From IMG/VR virus record IMGVR_UViG_3300037424_000408, positions 1-46,957 of that record: a stretch of 46,957 bases of DNA. The stretch is one strand, 5' to 3'. Origin of the DNA: a virus (Duplodnaviria; Caudoviricetes). Shown piece by piece: positions 7,664 to 15,077 of the stretch. Position 1 is the first letter of the stretch. Every line of letters starts with the position of its first letter. Made by a program: the position numbers and the translations under genes. A model generated the notes under the pieces. That model was not told the origin of the DNA, ran no database searches, and saw only the letters and a program-made list of their open reading frames with translations.

Positions 7664-8598
7664 AGTTGCTCGACCTGTTCAGCGGCATCGGTGGCTTCTC
7701 TCTCGCCGCCCGTTGGACGGGAAGAATCCTGACCGCGGCGTTCTGCGAGACGGACCCGTACTGCTGCAAGGTGCTCGCGAAGAACTTCCCCGGAGTGCCG
7801 ATCCACGGGGATATCAGGAACATGAAAGGGGCCAACATTGGAGCAGCAGACATTATTTCCGGCGGGTTCCCGTGCCAGCCGTTCTCAGTCGCCGGGAAGC
7901 GAGGCGGCGCGGAGGATGACCGTTACCTCTGGCCGGAAATGCTCCGAGTCATTTCCGATGTCCGGCCCGCTTGGGTTATTGGTGAAAATGTTGATGGCCT
8001 CGTCCGCATGGGGGTCCAGTCTCGCGTTCTTAAAGTGGAGAGTCGAAACCTTGAACGAACGGAGGATTTCGACCGTCTCCGAAGAATACTTACACGAGAA
8101 GAGATGCTGCTCCTCTTCTCGCTCCTCGACGATCTTGAAGCGTTGGGGTACGGGGCGGTCCCGATTGTTGTTCCGGCTTGTGGCGTCGATGCCCCGCACC
8201 TCCGATACCGGGTCTGGATTGTGGGCTACTGCTCTCCCGCCCACTCTGCCGCCCACTACATTCTTGCCAACTCCGAGCGCATCTATGATGACCGAACAGG
8301 ACATGGCGCAAGCGCAGTATGCGGGGAACGGAGGGAATCGCCCGGATTACCGGGATGCGAGGATGTTCCCGACGCCGACCGTCCAGGATGCGGAGAACTG
8401 CGGGGGGCCGAGTCAATCGGAACGGAACACGCCGCCGCTGAACGCGGTCGCGGGTGGCTCCCTGAACCCGCAATTTGTCGAGTGGCTGATGGGGTACCCG
8501 CTCGGGTGGACCGATTGCGAAGCCTCGGGAACTCCATCGTCCCCCAGGTCGCCTACGAAATAATGATGGGGATACTCAGGACGGAGGCCACCCCATGA
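7660..8598 (+). CDS. DNA (cytosine-5)-methyltransferase (large/alpha subunit)
   Basis: Motif I DLFSGIGG, motif IV GFPCQPFS, motif VI ENV, motif VIII HLRYRVWIVG, motif X LGNSIVP. Confidence 0.92.
   Translation: MKLLDLFSGIGGFSLAARWTGRILTAAFCETDPYCCKVLAKNFPGVPIHGDIRNMKGANIGAADIISGGFPCQPFSVAGKRGGAEDDRYLWPEMLRVISDVRPAWVIGENVDGLVRMGVQSRVLKVESRNLERTEDFDRLRRILTREEMLLLFSLLDDLEALGYGAVPIVVPACGVDAPHLRYRVWIVGYCSPAHSAAHYILANSERIYDDRTGHGASAVCGERRESPGLPGCEDVPDADRPGCGELRGAESIGTEHAAAERGRGWLPEPAICRVADGVPARVDRLRSLGNSIVPQVAYEIMMGILRTEATP
7838..8563 (+). CDS. alternative-frame small (beta) subunit of the C5 methyltransferase
   Basis: 241-aa ORF nested in the MTase gene; repeated (L/F)PTP elements and C-terminal LNPQFVEWLMGYPLGWTD (motif IX-like). 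Confidence 0.65.
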   Translation: MEQQTLFPAGSRASRSQSPGSEAARRMTVTSGRKCSESFPMSGPLGLLVKMLMASSAWGSSLAFLKWRVETLNERRISTVSEEYLHEKRCCSSSRSSTILKRWGTGRSRLLFRLVASMPRTSDTGSGLWATALPPTLPPTTFLPTPSASMMTEQDMAQAQYAGNGGNRPDYRDARMFPTPTVQDAENCGGPSQSERNTPPLNAVAGGSLNPQFVEWLMGYPLGWTDCEASGTPSSPRSPTK

Positions 8599-8690
8599 CC
8601 GCCCCCATCGTCGAAGCCAAGTCGTTCCTCGAAGTAGAGGCGGCATTGCTCGACGCCGCGAGTTCGCGCCCGCGCGGGCGCGTGGATTGA
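8595..8690 (+). pseudogene. short ORF stub ending inside CRISPR repeat copy 2
   Basis: ATGA-coupled, GGAGG RBS; MTAPIVEAKSFLEVEAALLDAASSRPRGRVD*. Confidence 0.45.
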
Positions 8691-8693
8691 AAC
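8662..8693 (+). CRISPR. solitary type I-C-like CRISPR repeat, copy 2
   Basis: Identical to 6788-6819, and both copies are preceded by GCGA. Confidence 0.85.
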
Positions 8694-8711
8694 GGGAGAA
8701 GGAGGACGAAG

Positions 8712-8936
8712 ATGGCGCAGGGAACGGAACTGGACAAGGTGTACACGTACCACCCGCCGTTCGGGAGCCAACCGGAGCGGTACGTCAGGATTCGGGACGA
8801 GGCGAAGTCTCTCGCGACGACGATCATGGCACTCACGCCGACGAGTCGGGAGCAGTCGCTCGCGCTCACCAAGCTCGAAGAAGTCGTCATGTGGGCGAAC
8901 AGCGCGATCGCAAGGAACGAGAACGACGTGAAGTAA
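8712..8936 (+). CDS. Acb2/Tad1-like helical hairpin protein (candidate immune-signal sponge)
   Basis: YTYHPP...Q..RY..IR...SREQSLALTKLEEVVMWANSAIAR; AGGAGG RBS directly after the repeat. Confidence 0.65.
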   Translation: MAQGTELDKVYTYHPPFGSQPERYVRIRDEAKSLATTIMALTPTSREQSLALTKLEEVVMWANSAIARNENDVK

Positions 8937-8965
8937 AACCACCAAATCCAAAGGAGGACGGCACC

Positions 8966-9166
8966 ATGAGCAAAGGAATTCTGTTCACGCAGGGAGGACG
9001 GTTGTTCAAGGCCACCACGACGGAGGCGAAAGTCGTGCTGAAGTCGGTCATGAAGGGGGCGGTCGCGACCCTCGCAGACGCGAAGGAGATCGGTCCGGTC
9101 ATCGACCTGGACACGCTGGACGCGAAAAAGGCGACCGCGGCGTTCCTGAAGATCGAGATGGAGTAG
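8966..9166 (+). CDS. small hypothetical protein
   Basis: AAGGAGG RBS; phage-like codon usage. Confidence 0.7.
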   Translation: MSKGILFTQGGRLFKATTTEAKVVLKSVMKGAVATLADAKEIGPVIDLDTLDAKKATAAFLKIEME

Positions 9167-9583
9167 GACGGTGCCGGCGGTGAGTTCCGCGACTTACGCG
9201 GGGACCCTTAAATCCCGAGAACACGATCGGCTTGGGAGCCGCCGACATGTGCCCATCTTCAGGGGCATTCAAGTTAGTGGTGATAATGTCCACGGCACGC
9301 AGTATCGCACACTTAGCGGAATGTCATTGAGGAATTCCGGGTTTCCGAAGGGGAAGAAGGAGTGAGATTTTCCAATTGCCGACCGTGACCTATTGGCTCT
9401 TCGTCCGTTCCTCCTGGACGATGGGTTGCGGGAATTGGGGGACGTATTACAGGAGGGTAAAGTGGGCGGCATAAGTCGCATGACTGCCTTGATGATTCAA
9501 GGCAACGAAGTGGAATTTGACGCGGAAATGATCGACGGAAAATGGTCCGGAATAATTCGAATGCTGAGCGCAGGGGGTGAGGG

Positions 9584-9907
9584 ATGAATAAATTAAGAGA
9601 GTGCCTTACCATCGGGCCTCCAACATACCCGTGGGGATGGTGCAACACTCATCAACAATGGAGAAGCGAATGCTATAAGGTTTTTGGGGCTGATTGCCCT
9701 TCCTGCGCCGCCAAGGACGCCGAGCTTACCCGCCTCCGCTCCCTCGCCGAACGTGCGGAGGACGTGGAGAAGATAGAAGACATCATAGAAGAACACTTGG
9801 CGATGACATTGGGCGTTCCAACGGAATGGTACATGACATCCCACGTCGGCGAGGTATCTGTGTTCGCCCGTGCCATCGTCGCCTACCTGAAGGGGGAGGA
9901 AAGATGA
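9584..9907 (+). CDS. hypothetical protein
   Basis: ATGA-coupled; Cys motifs and a coiled-coil segment. Confidence 0.6.
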   Translation: MNKLRECLTIGPPTYPWGWCNTHQQWRSECYKVFGADCPSCAAKDAELTRLRSLAERAEDVEKIEDIIEEHLAMTLGVPTEWYMTSHVGEVSVFARAIVAYLKGEER

Positions 9908-10116
9908 AGTTCAAGTGGTGGGCGATCCGCTTAACTGACGATGACGGGACGCACACCTATGGGCTTGAAACGAGCCTGTTTCAGTTGCCGGATATTTTCC
10001 CGACAAGGAAAGCGGCGAGAGAAAGTATACGGGCATGGGGAGGCGGAGTGGAACAGTTTCATCCACATCCCGTCCGCGTCACCATAACCGTGGACGATAG
10101 CGAGGAGGGGAGATGA
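9904..10116 (+). CDS. hypothetical protein
   Basis: ATGA-coupled start with GGAGG RBS; MKFKWWAIRLTDD... Confidence 0.6.
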   Translation: MKFKWWAIRLTDDDGTHTYGLETSLFQLPDIFPTRKAARESIRAWGGGVEQFHPHPVRVTITVDDSEEGR

Positions 10117-10301
10117 CCTGGATCAGCGTGAAGGAGAGGTTGCCGGAGGATCGGTATCTTGTTATCGCTTTCCGCCCCGATGATTGGGTATTCCCAGGGT
10201 TTATGAAGTACGACATTTGGTATAACGCCATAGACGATTTAATGGAAGATCACGTTACTCACTGGCAGCCCCTACCCGCCCCGCCCGAGGGGAAGGAGTG
10301 A
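10113..10301 (+). CDS. DUF551-family protein
   Basis: WISVKERLPE...VTHWQPLPAPP. Confidence 0.85.
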   Translation: MTWISVKERLPEDRYLVIAFRPDDWVFPGFMKYDIWYNAIDDLMEDHVTHWQPLPAPPEGKE

Positions 10302-10513
10302 GGATGCGGATTCTTTCCGTAATTACTTATCTGATATACACAATCTTTTGGGAGGGGCTGTGTATCGGCGGGACCGCATACCTCGTGTTTTGGCGCGGGC
10401 ATTCGGGATGGTGGTTCCTGTTGGCGGTAATGTTGTCAAGTATGCAGTATGGGCCGGTCAAATGGCGTGGGTTATGGGATACGTCGGTCGCCCCCGACCC
10501 GCAGAATAAGTGA
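10298..10513 (+). CDS. small membrane protein
   Basis: Two hydrophobic segments; GHSGWWFLLA. Confidence 0.6.
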   Translation: MRMRILSVITYLIYTIFWEGLCIGGTAYLVFWRGHSGWWFLLAVMLSSMQYGPVKWRGLWDTSVAPDPQNK

Positions 10514-10521
10514 AGTTCTGA

Positions 10522-10875
10522 CTACCCTCCCCCCTTCATCACCTTCATCGCCGCGTTGAGGATCGGCCTCAACAGCCCGAGGTAATCCGCCAGCACGGTG
10601 AGCAACGACCCGATGAGCACCCGGGGGATCACCTTCTTGATGAGTAGGCTCCGGGTAGCCCCCTTGATGTCCATGGCCCCCTGTTGGAACACACGGACGA
10701 ACGCCAACAGGTCCTTCATGTCCTCCGGCTCGATGTCGTACCGGCACTTGTGGTTCTCCTCGACGATCCTGGCGATGCAGGCGATGTCGTCTTCCTGTAG
10801 GACCATCTTCCGCTGCTCCAATTTCCGCCGATCCGGGCCGGTATAGTGGCCGTCCTTGTCGTGGTCACGATGCAT
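10522..10875 (-). CDS. hypothetical protein with C-terminal hydrophobic helix (last late gene; possibly holin-like)
   Basis: YTGPDRRK N-terminus; C-terminal hydrophobic stretch; GGAGG RBS. Confidence 0.55.
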   Translation of the reverse strand: MHRDHDKDGHYTGPDRRKLEQRKMVLQEDDIACIARIVEENHKCRYDIEPEDMKDLLAFVRVFQQGAMDIKGATRSLLIKKVIPRVLIGSLLTVLADYLGLLRPILNAAMKVMKGGG

Positions 10876-10903
10876 CCCGTATTCCGACCCTCCGTGGGGT
10901 TAA

Positions 10904-10937
10904 TGTCAATTTGACACAAGTTGACAGTTTGCTGACA
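10904..10937. promoter_or_regulatory. phased TGACA motif array (putative protein-binding site)
   Basis: TGTCAA 10904-10909, TTGACA 10911-10916, TTGACA 10921-10926, CTGACA 10932-10937 in one intergenic gap. Confidence 0.4.
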
Positions 10938-10938
10938 G

Positions 10939-11373
10939 TTACTTCCCCATGCCGCCCACAAAGCCCACGATGATCCCGAGCGCCACCCATTTGACCACGG
11001 ACAATGCACGTGCGTACCACGGCCCCGCAGCAACTTTCGCCGCCTCTTCCCCGGCCTTTCGGGTATCGTCTACCAGCTTCCGGGCGTCCTTCAACTCCCC
11101 ATCCTGCTCAACTATGCGATTCTCAAGGGCTTGCGAACGTATTTCGGACGATTTGATGGCTTCTTCAGCGGCCGCCACCGCATCCCGGCACGGAGGAAGG
11201 GCTTCCAGGTCCCGCAGGATTCGCTCCCCGTCGGGCAGAGGGAAGCAGATTTCGTCCCCGGAGGGCTTCGATGCGGGGGGGTACGCGGCGTTATCCCCCC
11301 CGAGGCAAGGGTACGGGTAGGGGGTCATAAATATCGTGGCGCACAGGAGGGCGATTATGGCGGTCGTCTTCAT
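10939..11373 (-). CDS. spanin-like envelope protein
   Basis: N-terminal signal-like segment with Cys, coiled coil, C-terminal TM helix; lysis region. Confidence 0.45.
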   Translation of the reverse strand: MKTTAIIALLCATIFMTPYPYPCLGGDNAAYPPASKPSGDEICFPLPDGERILRDLEALPPCRDAVAAAEEAIKSSEIRSQALENRIVEQDGELKDARKLVDDTRKAGEEAAKVAAGPWYARALSVVKWVALGIIVGFVGGMGK

Positions 11374-11723
11374 CGCAAAGTGCCTCTATATCCGATCCGG
11401 TTGAATCGTTCCTGCAACGCTTTCGCGTTAGACGGAGGACTCCACGGGGCGCTCATCTTCCCCCGCGCCGTTTCCCACTTCTTCCTGTAGGTGTCCCGGT
11501 CATCGGTCAGGGTCTTTATCTTCGCCTCGTACTCCTTCTTCGACGCCGCCGTGTCCCGTTGGTAGGCCGCCGCCCACCCCTTCGCTAGGTCGAAGTATCG
11601 TCCTGCCGCACGTCGGGCACTGATACCATCGACCGCACCGCTCAAGACAACGATCAATACCGCCACAATGATGCCCGCAAGCAGGGGTTTCCCCTTCGCC
11701 CATGTCCAAATGCTTGACCACAT
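11370..11723 (-). CDS. Rz/i-spanin-like protein
   Basis: N-terminal TM helix followed by a coiled coil; lysis region. Confidence 0.5.
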   Translation of the reverse strand: MWSSIWTWAKGKPLLAGIIVAVLIVVLSGAVDGISARRAAGRYFDLAKGWAAAYQRDTAASKKEYEAKIKTLTDDRDTYRKKWETARGKMSAPWSPPSNAKALQERFNRIGYRGTLR

Positions 11724-11727
11724 CCGC

Positions 11728-11958
11728 CTACCCTCCTGACTGCAAGGCCGCTGCGTCCGCCTCGTAGGTGCATTCCGCCTTCGGCGTCTCCGCCGTGCTC
11801 TCATCCTTGAAGTGCGGGCACACTTCCACCTGCGTCCCGAATCCAACGACGACATGGAAGCACGTCCGGCTGATCGGGCAATCGGCGTAGCGGAAGCCCA
11901 CCGCCATCGGATTGGAAACGGATTCGTCCTGCTTCAGTTTGTCGGGGTCGATGTTCAT
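11728..11958 (-). CDS. small Cys-containing hypothetical protein
   Basis: GGAGG RBS; ATGA-coupled. Confidence 0.55.
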   Translation of the reverse strand: MNIDPDKLKQDESVSNPMAVGFRYADCPISRTCFHVVVGFGTQVEVCPHFKDESTAETPKAECTYEADAAALQSGG

Positions 11959-12182
11959 GGTGTACCTCCGGTGGGGGGTTTTTCGCCCCACTTCCCCGCC
12001 GCTACGACACCGGCCAAGGAGAACACGATGCCGACGTGCTCCCACGCCAACGGAGCCATTGCCCGCGTGCGGATGCTCACGTAGGCCCATACGCCGAATA
12101 CGCCAAGCCCCCAGACGATGGCGAGGACCCTCTTGGAGGAATAGCCGCCTAAGTCATCCTGGAAGATTTCCAGTATCTTCAT
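11955..12182 (-). CDS. putative holin
   Basis: MKILEIFQDDLGGYSSKRVLAIVW...; two TM helices; downstream of the endolysin. Confidence 0.6.
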   Translation of the reverse strand: MKILEIFQDDLGGYSSKRVLAIVWGLGVFGVWAYVSIRTRAMAPLAWEHVGIVFSLAGVVAAGKWGEKPPTGGTP

Positions 12183-12307
12183 TTCAGCCCGCCCTTTTCC
12201 CTCTTCGCCCGGATCTTTGTGTAGATGAAGTAGCAGGTTGCTACGAACGCGACGACAAACAGGCCGCCGAGGAACCAGCCGAGCCGTGTGCCTTCTGCCC
12301 ATTCCAT
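12179..12307 (-). CDS. small single-TM protein (absent from the ORF track)
   Basis: GGAGG RBS; MEWAEGTRLGWFLGGLFVVAFVATCYFIYTKIRAKREKGGLK*. Confidence 0.55.
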   Translation of the reverse strand: MEWAEGTRLGWFLGGLFVVAFVATCYFIYTKIRAKREKGGLK

Positions 12308-12324
12308 GTCGAGCCTCCCTTGGC

Positions 12325-12684
12325 CTATTGGACTGTAATTGACAACGGAGCAGCCGGGACTTTGAAAGGGATGTTCTTGCTCGCGGCCACCCCCTTCGCG
12401 CCTTCCTGCCCGTCGAGGATCGCCGAGACCGTGTACCAGCGCGTGGTTCCAACCGCCGGATCAGGCGCGGTCCCGGTCAACGTGCCCGGGCCGGTGAGCA
12501 CTCCCGCCGTCCACGGCCCCGTCTGCGCCGACCCGTAGTAAATCTGGTACGTGATCCGGGATATGTCCGCCGAAGGAATCGGCGTCGCGTCAGAGTACGT
12601 CGTCGGGGCGGTCCACGATACGACCGCCGCCATTGCCGGGAGGGCTACAAACAGCATCAGTACGAGGATCATTGCCTTTTTCAT
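12325..12684 (-). CDS. secreted fibronectin-type-III-like protein
   Basis: Signal peptide MKKAMILVLMLFVALPAMA; VSWTAPT...YQIYYG...WYTVSA FN3-like pattern. Confidence 0.65.
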   Translation of the reverse strand: MKKAMILVLMLFVALPAMAAVVSWTAPTTYSDATPIPSADISRITYQIYYGSAQTGPWTAGVLTGPGTLTGTAPDPAVGTTRWYTVSAILDGQEGAKGVAASKNIPFKVPAAPLSITVQ

Positions 12685-12777
12685 TTCCTTGCTCCTTTCG
12701 GCACATTTCCATGTGCGCTATGAAGGTTTCGAACGGCATCCATTGCCCGCAACGGCAGAGGGCGCGAGCTTTTCCTT

Positions 12778-13278
12778 TCACAGAAATGTTTGCAGCGCCA
12801 AGTAGCACCGGTTTACGGTCCCGCGCCGAGCCTCTTTGGGCGTCTTTATGTTGTGCTTTTCTATCCGCATGGCGACGTAGAGCACCGCGTCCAGCGTCGG
12901 CTTAGCCTGCTGGTACAGGTCGGACACCCCGCACCCCGAGCCGAGCGCCGCGAACAGGTCAACCAAGTGCGCCGATATTTTCGGCACCTCGGGGAGGATC
13001 ACTTGCACGTCGTCCAAGCCGAGGTTGACGGCGCAGTCGAATACCACGCAGTCCAGCGGGTACGGAAGCCCGTCGCACCCTGCGGGGATCCAGTAATCCT
13101 TGAGATAGATCATCGCCACTTCCGCATCGGACAGGTCCCGGGCGATGATGCGGTCCCGTAGGTGCGGGTACTGCTTCGCCGACACGCCCCGCCACGTTGG
13201 ACCGCCCGCATCGACCGTGTAGCCGCCCTCGCGTTCGAGGGTGAAGGGCAGGGCTTTCGTGAGGAAGTTATCGCGCAT
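12778..13278 (-). CDS. endolysin, glycosyl hydrolase family 108
   Basis: EREGGY..D.GGPT.RGV, IY...YW, VFDCAVN.G motifs. Confidence 0.88.
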   Translation of the reverse strand: MRDNFLTKALPFTLEREGGYTVDAGGPTWRGVSAKQYPHLRDRIIARDLSDAEVAMIYLKDYWIPAGCDGLPYPLDCVVFDCAVNLGLDDVQVILPEVPKISAHLVDLFAALGSGCGVSDLYQQAKPTLDAVLYVAMRIEKHNIKTPKEARRGTVNRCYLALQTFL

Positions 13279-13301
13279 CTATTCTCCTTGGAGGGCGGGG
13301 G

Positions 13302-15077
13302 TCAGTTGATTTCCACCGTGGCGTTTATCATCACGCCCCCCGGACCAGCCGTGTAATTTGAAGTGTCGAGTTTATAGATATTGATGTTGTTATTTACGAA
13401 CTGAGACCAACCGGCGGCATTCACATTGTTGTCGATGGCGATAAGCGGTACGTAAAGATTACCGCCGACCGCCGTGTTTAATCCGCTCGGAATGGTTAGG
13501 GTAATAAGATTACTCGGAGTACCTCCAACGGTCCAAGTGGCATAGATGTTAAGCATGAGTTTCTTTCCGTCCACTTTGTACTTCGCCAATACTGCCGTTT
13601 CTCCGGTCAGCGTCATTGAACCAGACGGGGTGAATGTCGGTGTGTACGATGTCCACGCCCTCTGATCCCCAACATAGGTAAGCATCGCCGTACTTTCTGT
13701 CAATATATTTGCGAAGTTATAATTGGACGGGATATTACTTATGGTGGCCTTGATTGATCCCTCGAAAGACATTGTCTCGAATATTGGCCCGTCGATAAAT
13801 ATATGATCTTTTGTGCCTGCGCCGATCGCTTGTAATATAGGGGCCGTTCCAGAACCAAGCGTGTTTTTTATGTGTATGTTCATTTCCGTGTATATATCCG
13901 CCGCCTCTGCGATGAATTGATAAAGAGAGGTATTGTCCAACTGGTTATTTTCTATCCAGACGTGGTCAAAGTTGGGACCAATAATGGCTGACAGTACGGG
14001 CGGTTGTATTAAAACACCCTCTTTGTTATTGCTTTCAAATCCTGTATCCTTGAACAACGATCGCTGTGCGGTAATTATTTTCGCTCCCTGATTAGTAGAC
14101 AATCGGAAGTGACTGTTCGATATCGTCGTAAGGGTTGGGAACGCGGGAGTCCCGCCATCCATCAGAAGCCCTATATCATTTGTCGTGGCATATATCCTGT
14201 CCGCCGTTAAGTTCACGGCCTTTCCTATGTGGAATCCAACGCCTCCTGCGCCGAGATAGTTCTTGATGTCCATCTCGCACACTTTCGTCCAATCGTTAAG
14301 TGCTGTACCGATAACCAGCCCCTTCTTCCCGGTGGTGTTTATTCCATCTAAACTAATCCCGTAAACATAATTGGAGGATTCAAGTTGGAGAGTGTTGTCT
14401 ACTCCGGCATCCGGCTTGATCCAAGTTTTATGCGGGATACCAATCAGACATGAATATACGGGCGGTTCTATGCTCGCGGAAGTCCTGTAAGTACCTGCCG
14501 GAAGGAGGACGCAACCAGGGGCTGCGGCAAGGGCGGCAACAATGGCGGCGTAGGAATCGGCAACGCCTGTGTTGTCAGCGTTTACGCTTCGAGCGTCGTA
14601 CACCCACGGACCCTTCGTGATGAGGTCGGAAAAATACCCGTTATCGGTATAGGAGGTGGAGCCGATCTGCGGAGCACTTATGCTCTCTGCAATCAGTGCC
14701 CCAAATCTTCCGTAAGGGATATTGTCCTTCGTCCAAACGAGCACGTTGCCGGCATCGTACAGGGCCAGTTTCAGATAGCCCGAGTAGAATAAATCGCACT
14801 CGCCGTTCGCGTCCAGGATTATCGGATTGACGTTCGACGCCGCACCCGCATAATCCTTGTACGTGGTCACTTCCGTCGTCGTGCCGGGCAGGTACGTGTA
14901 GAGTTTGCCCGATGCGAGTGGATTCCCCGTGCCAGGCTCGAACGCTTTGAACTTGGGAGTGACCGCCACGGTGTAGACGGTCGCTTGCGCTTGCGGGATC
15001 GGATGGATTCCGATTGCAGCCAAGAAAAAGGCATAAACGAGCAGGAGCGACCAGAACTTGGACTTGCGAAGGGTCAT
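13302..15077 (-). CDS. tailspike/receptor-binding protein (N-terminal virion-attachment domain, beta-helix body) with a signal-peptide-like leader
   Basis: GNPLASGKLYTYLPGTTT...NPIILDANG attachment domain; ADNTGVADSYAAIVAAL...LLPAGTY pectate-lyase-like start; position after the ejection genes. Confidence 0.8.
   Translation of the reverse strand: MTLRKSKFWSLLLVYAFFLAAIGIHPIPQAQATVYTVAVTPKFKAFEPGTGNPLASGKLYTYLPGTTTEVTTYKDYAGAASNVNPIILDANGECDLFYSGYLKLALYDAGNVLVWTKDNIPYGRFGALIAESISAPQIGSTSYTDNGYFSDLITKGPWVYDARSVNADNTGVADSYAAIVAALAAAPGCVLLPAGTYRTSASIEPPVYSCLIGIPHKTWIKPDAGVDNTLQLESSNYVYGISLDGINTTGKKGLVIGTALNDWTKVCEMDIKNYLGAGGVGFHIGKAVNLTADRIYATTNDIGLLMDGGTPAFPTLTTISNSHFRLSTNQGAKIITAQRSLFKDTGFESNNKEGVLIQPPVLSAIIGPNFDHVWIENNQLDNTSLYQFIAEAADIYTEMNIHIKNTLGSGTAPILQAIGAGTKDHIFIDGPIFETMSFEGSIKATISNIPSNYNFANILTESTAMLTYVGDQRAWTSYTPTFTPSGSMTLTGETAVLAKYKVDGKKLMLNIYATWTVGGTPSNLITLTIPSGLNTAVGGNLYVPLIAIDNNVNAAGWSQFVNNNINIYKLDTSNYTAGPGGVMINATVEIN

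Noticed and set aside
6788-8693. A true CRISPR array or mini-array
   Set aside because: The repeats are 1.87 kb apart with genes between them, and no degenerate repeat was found 30-40 nt from either copy
9171-9587. Stop-codon readthrough joining ORFs 9171-9365 and 9393-9587 (same frame)
   Set aside because: Neither part has recognisable motifs; a degenerate accessory region is the simpler explanation
847-15077. Diversity-generating retroelement acting on the repeat array or tailspike
   Set aside because: No reverse transcriptase and no template/variable repeat pair with adenine-specific mismatches was seen
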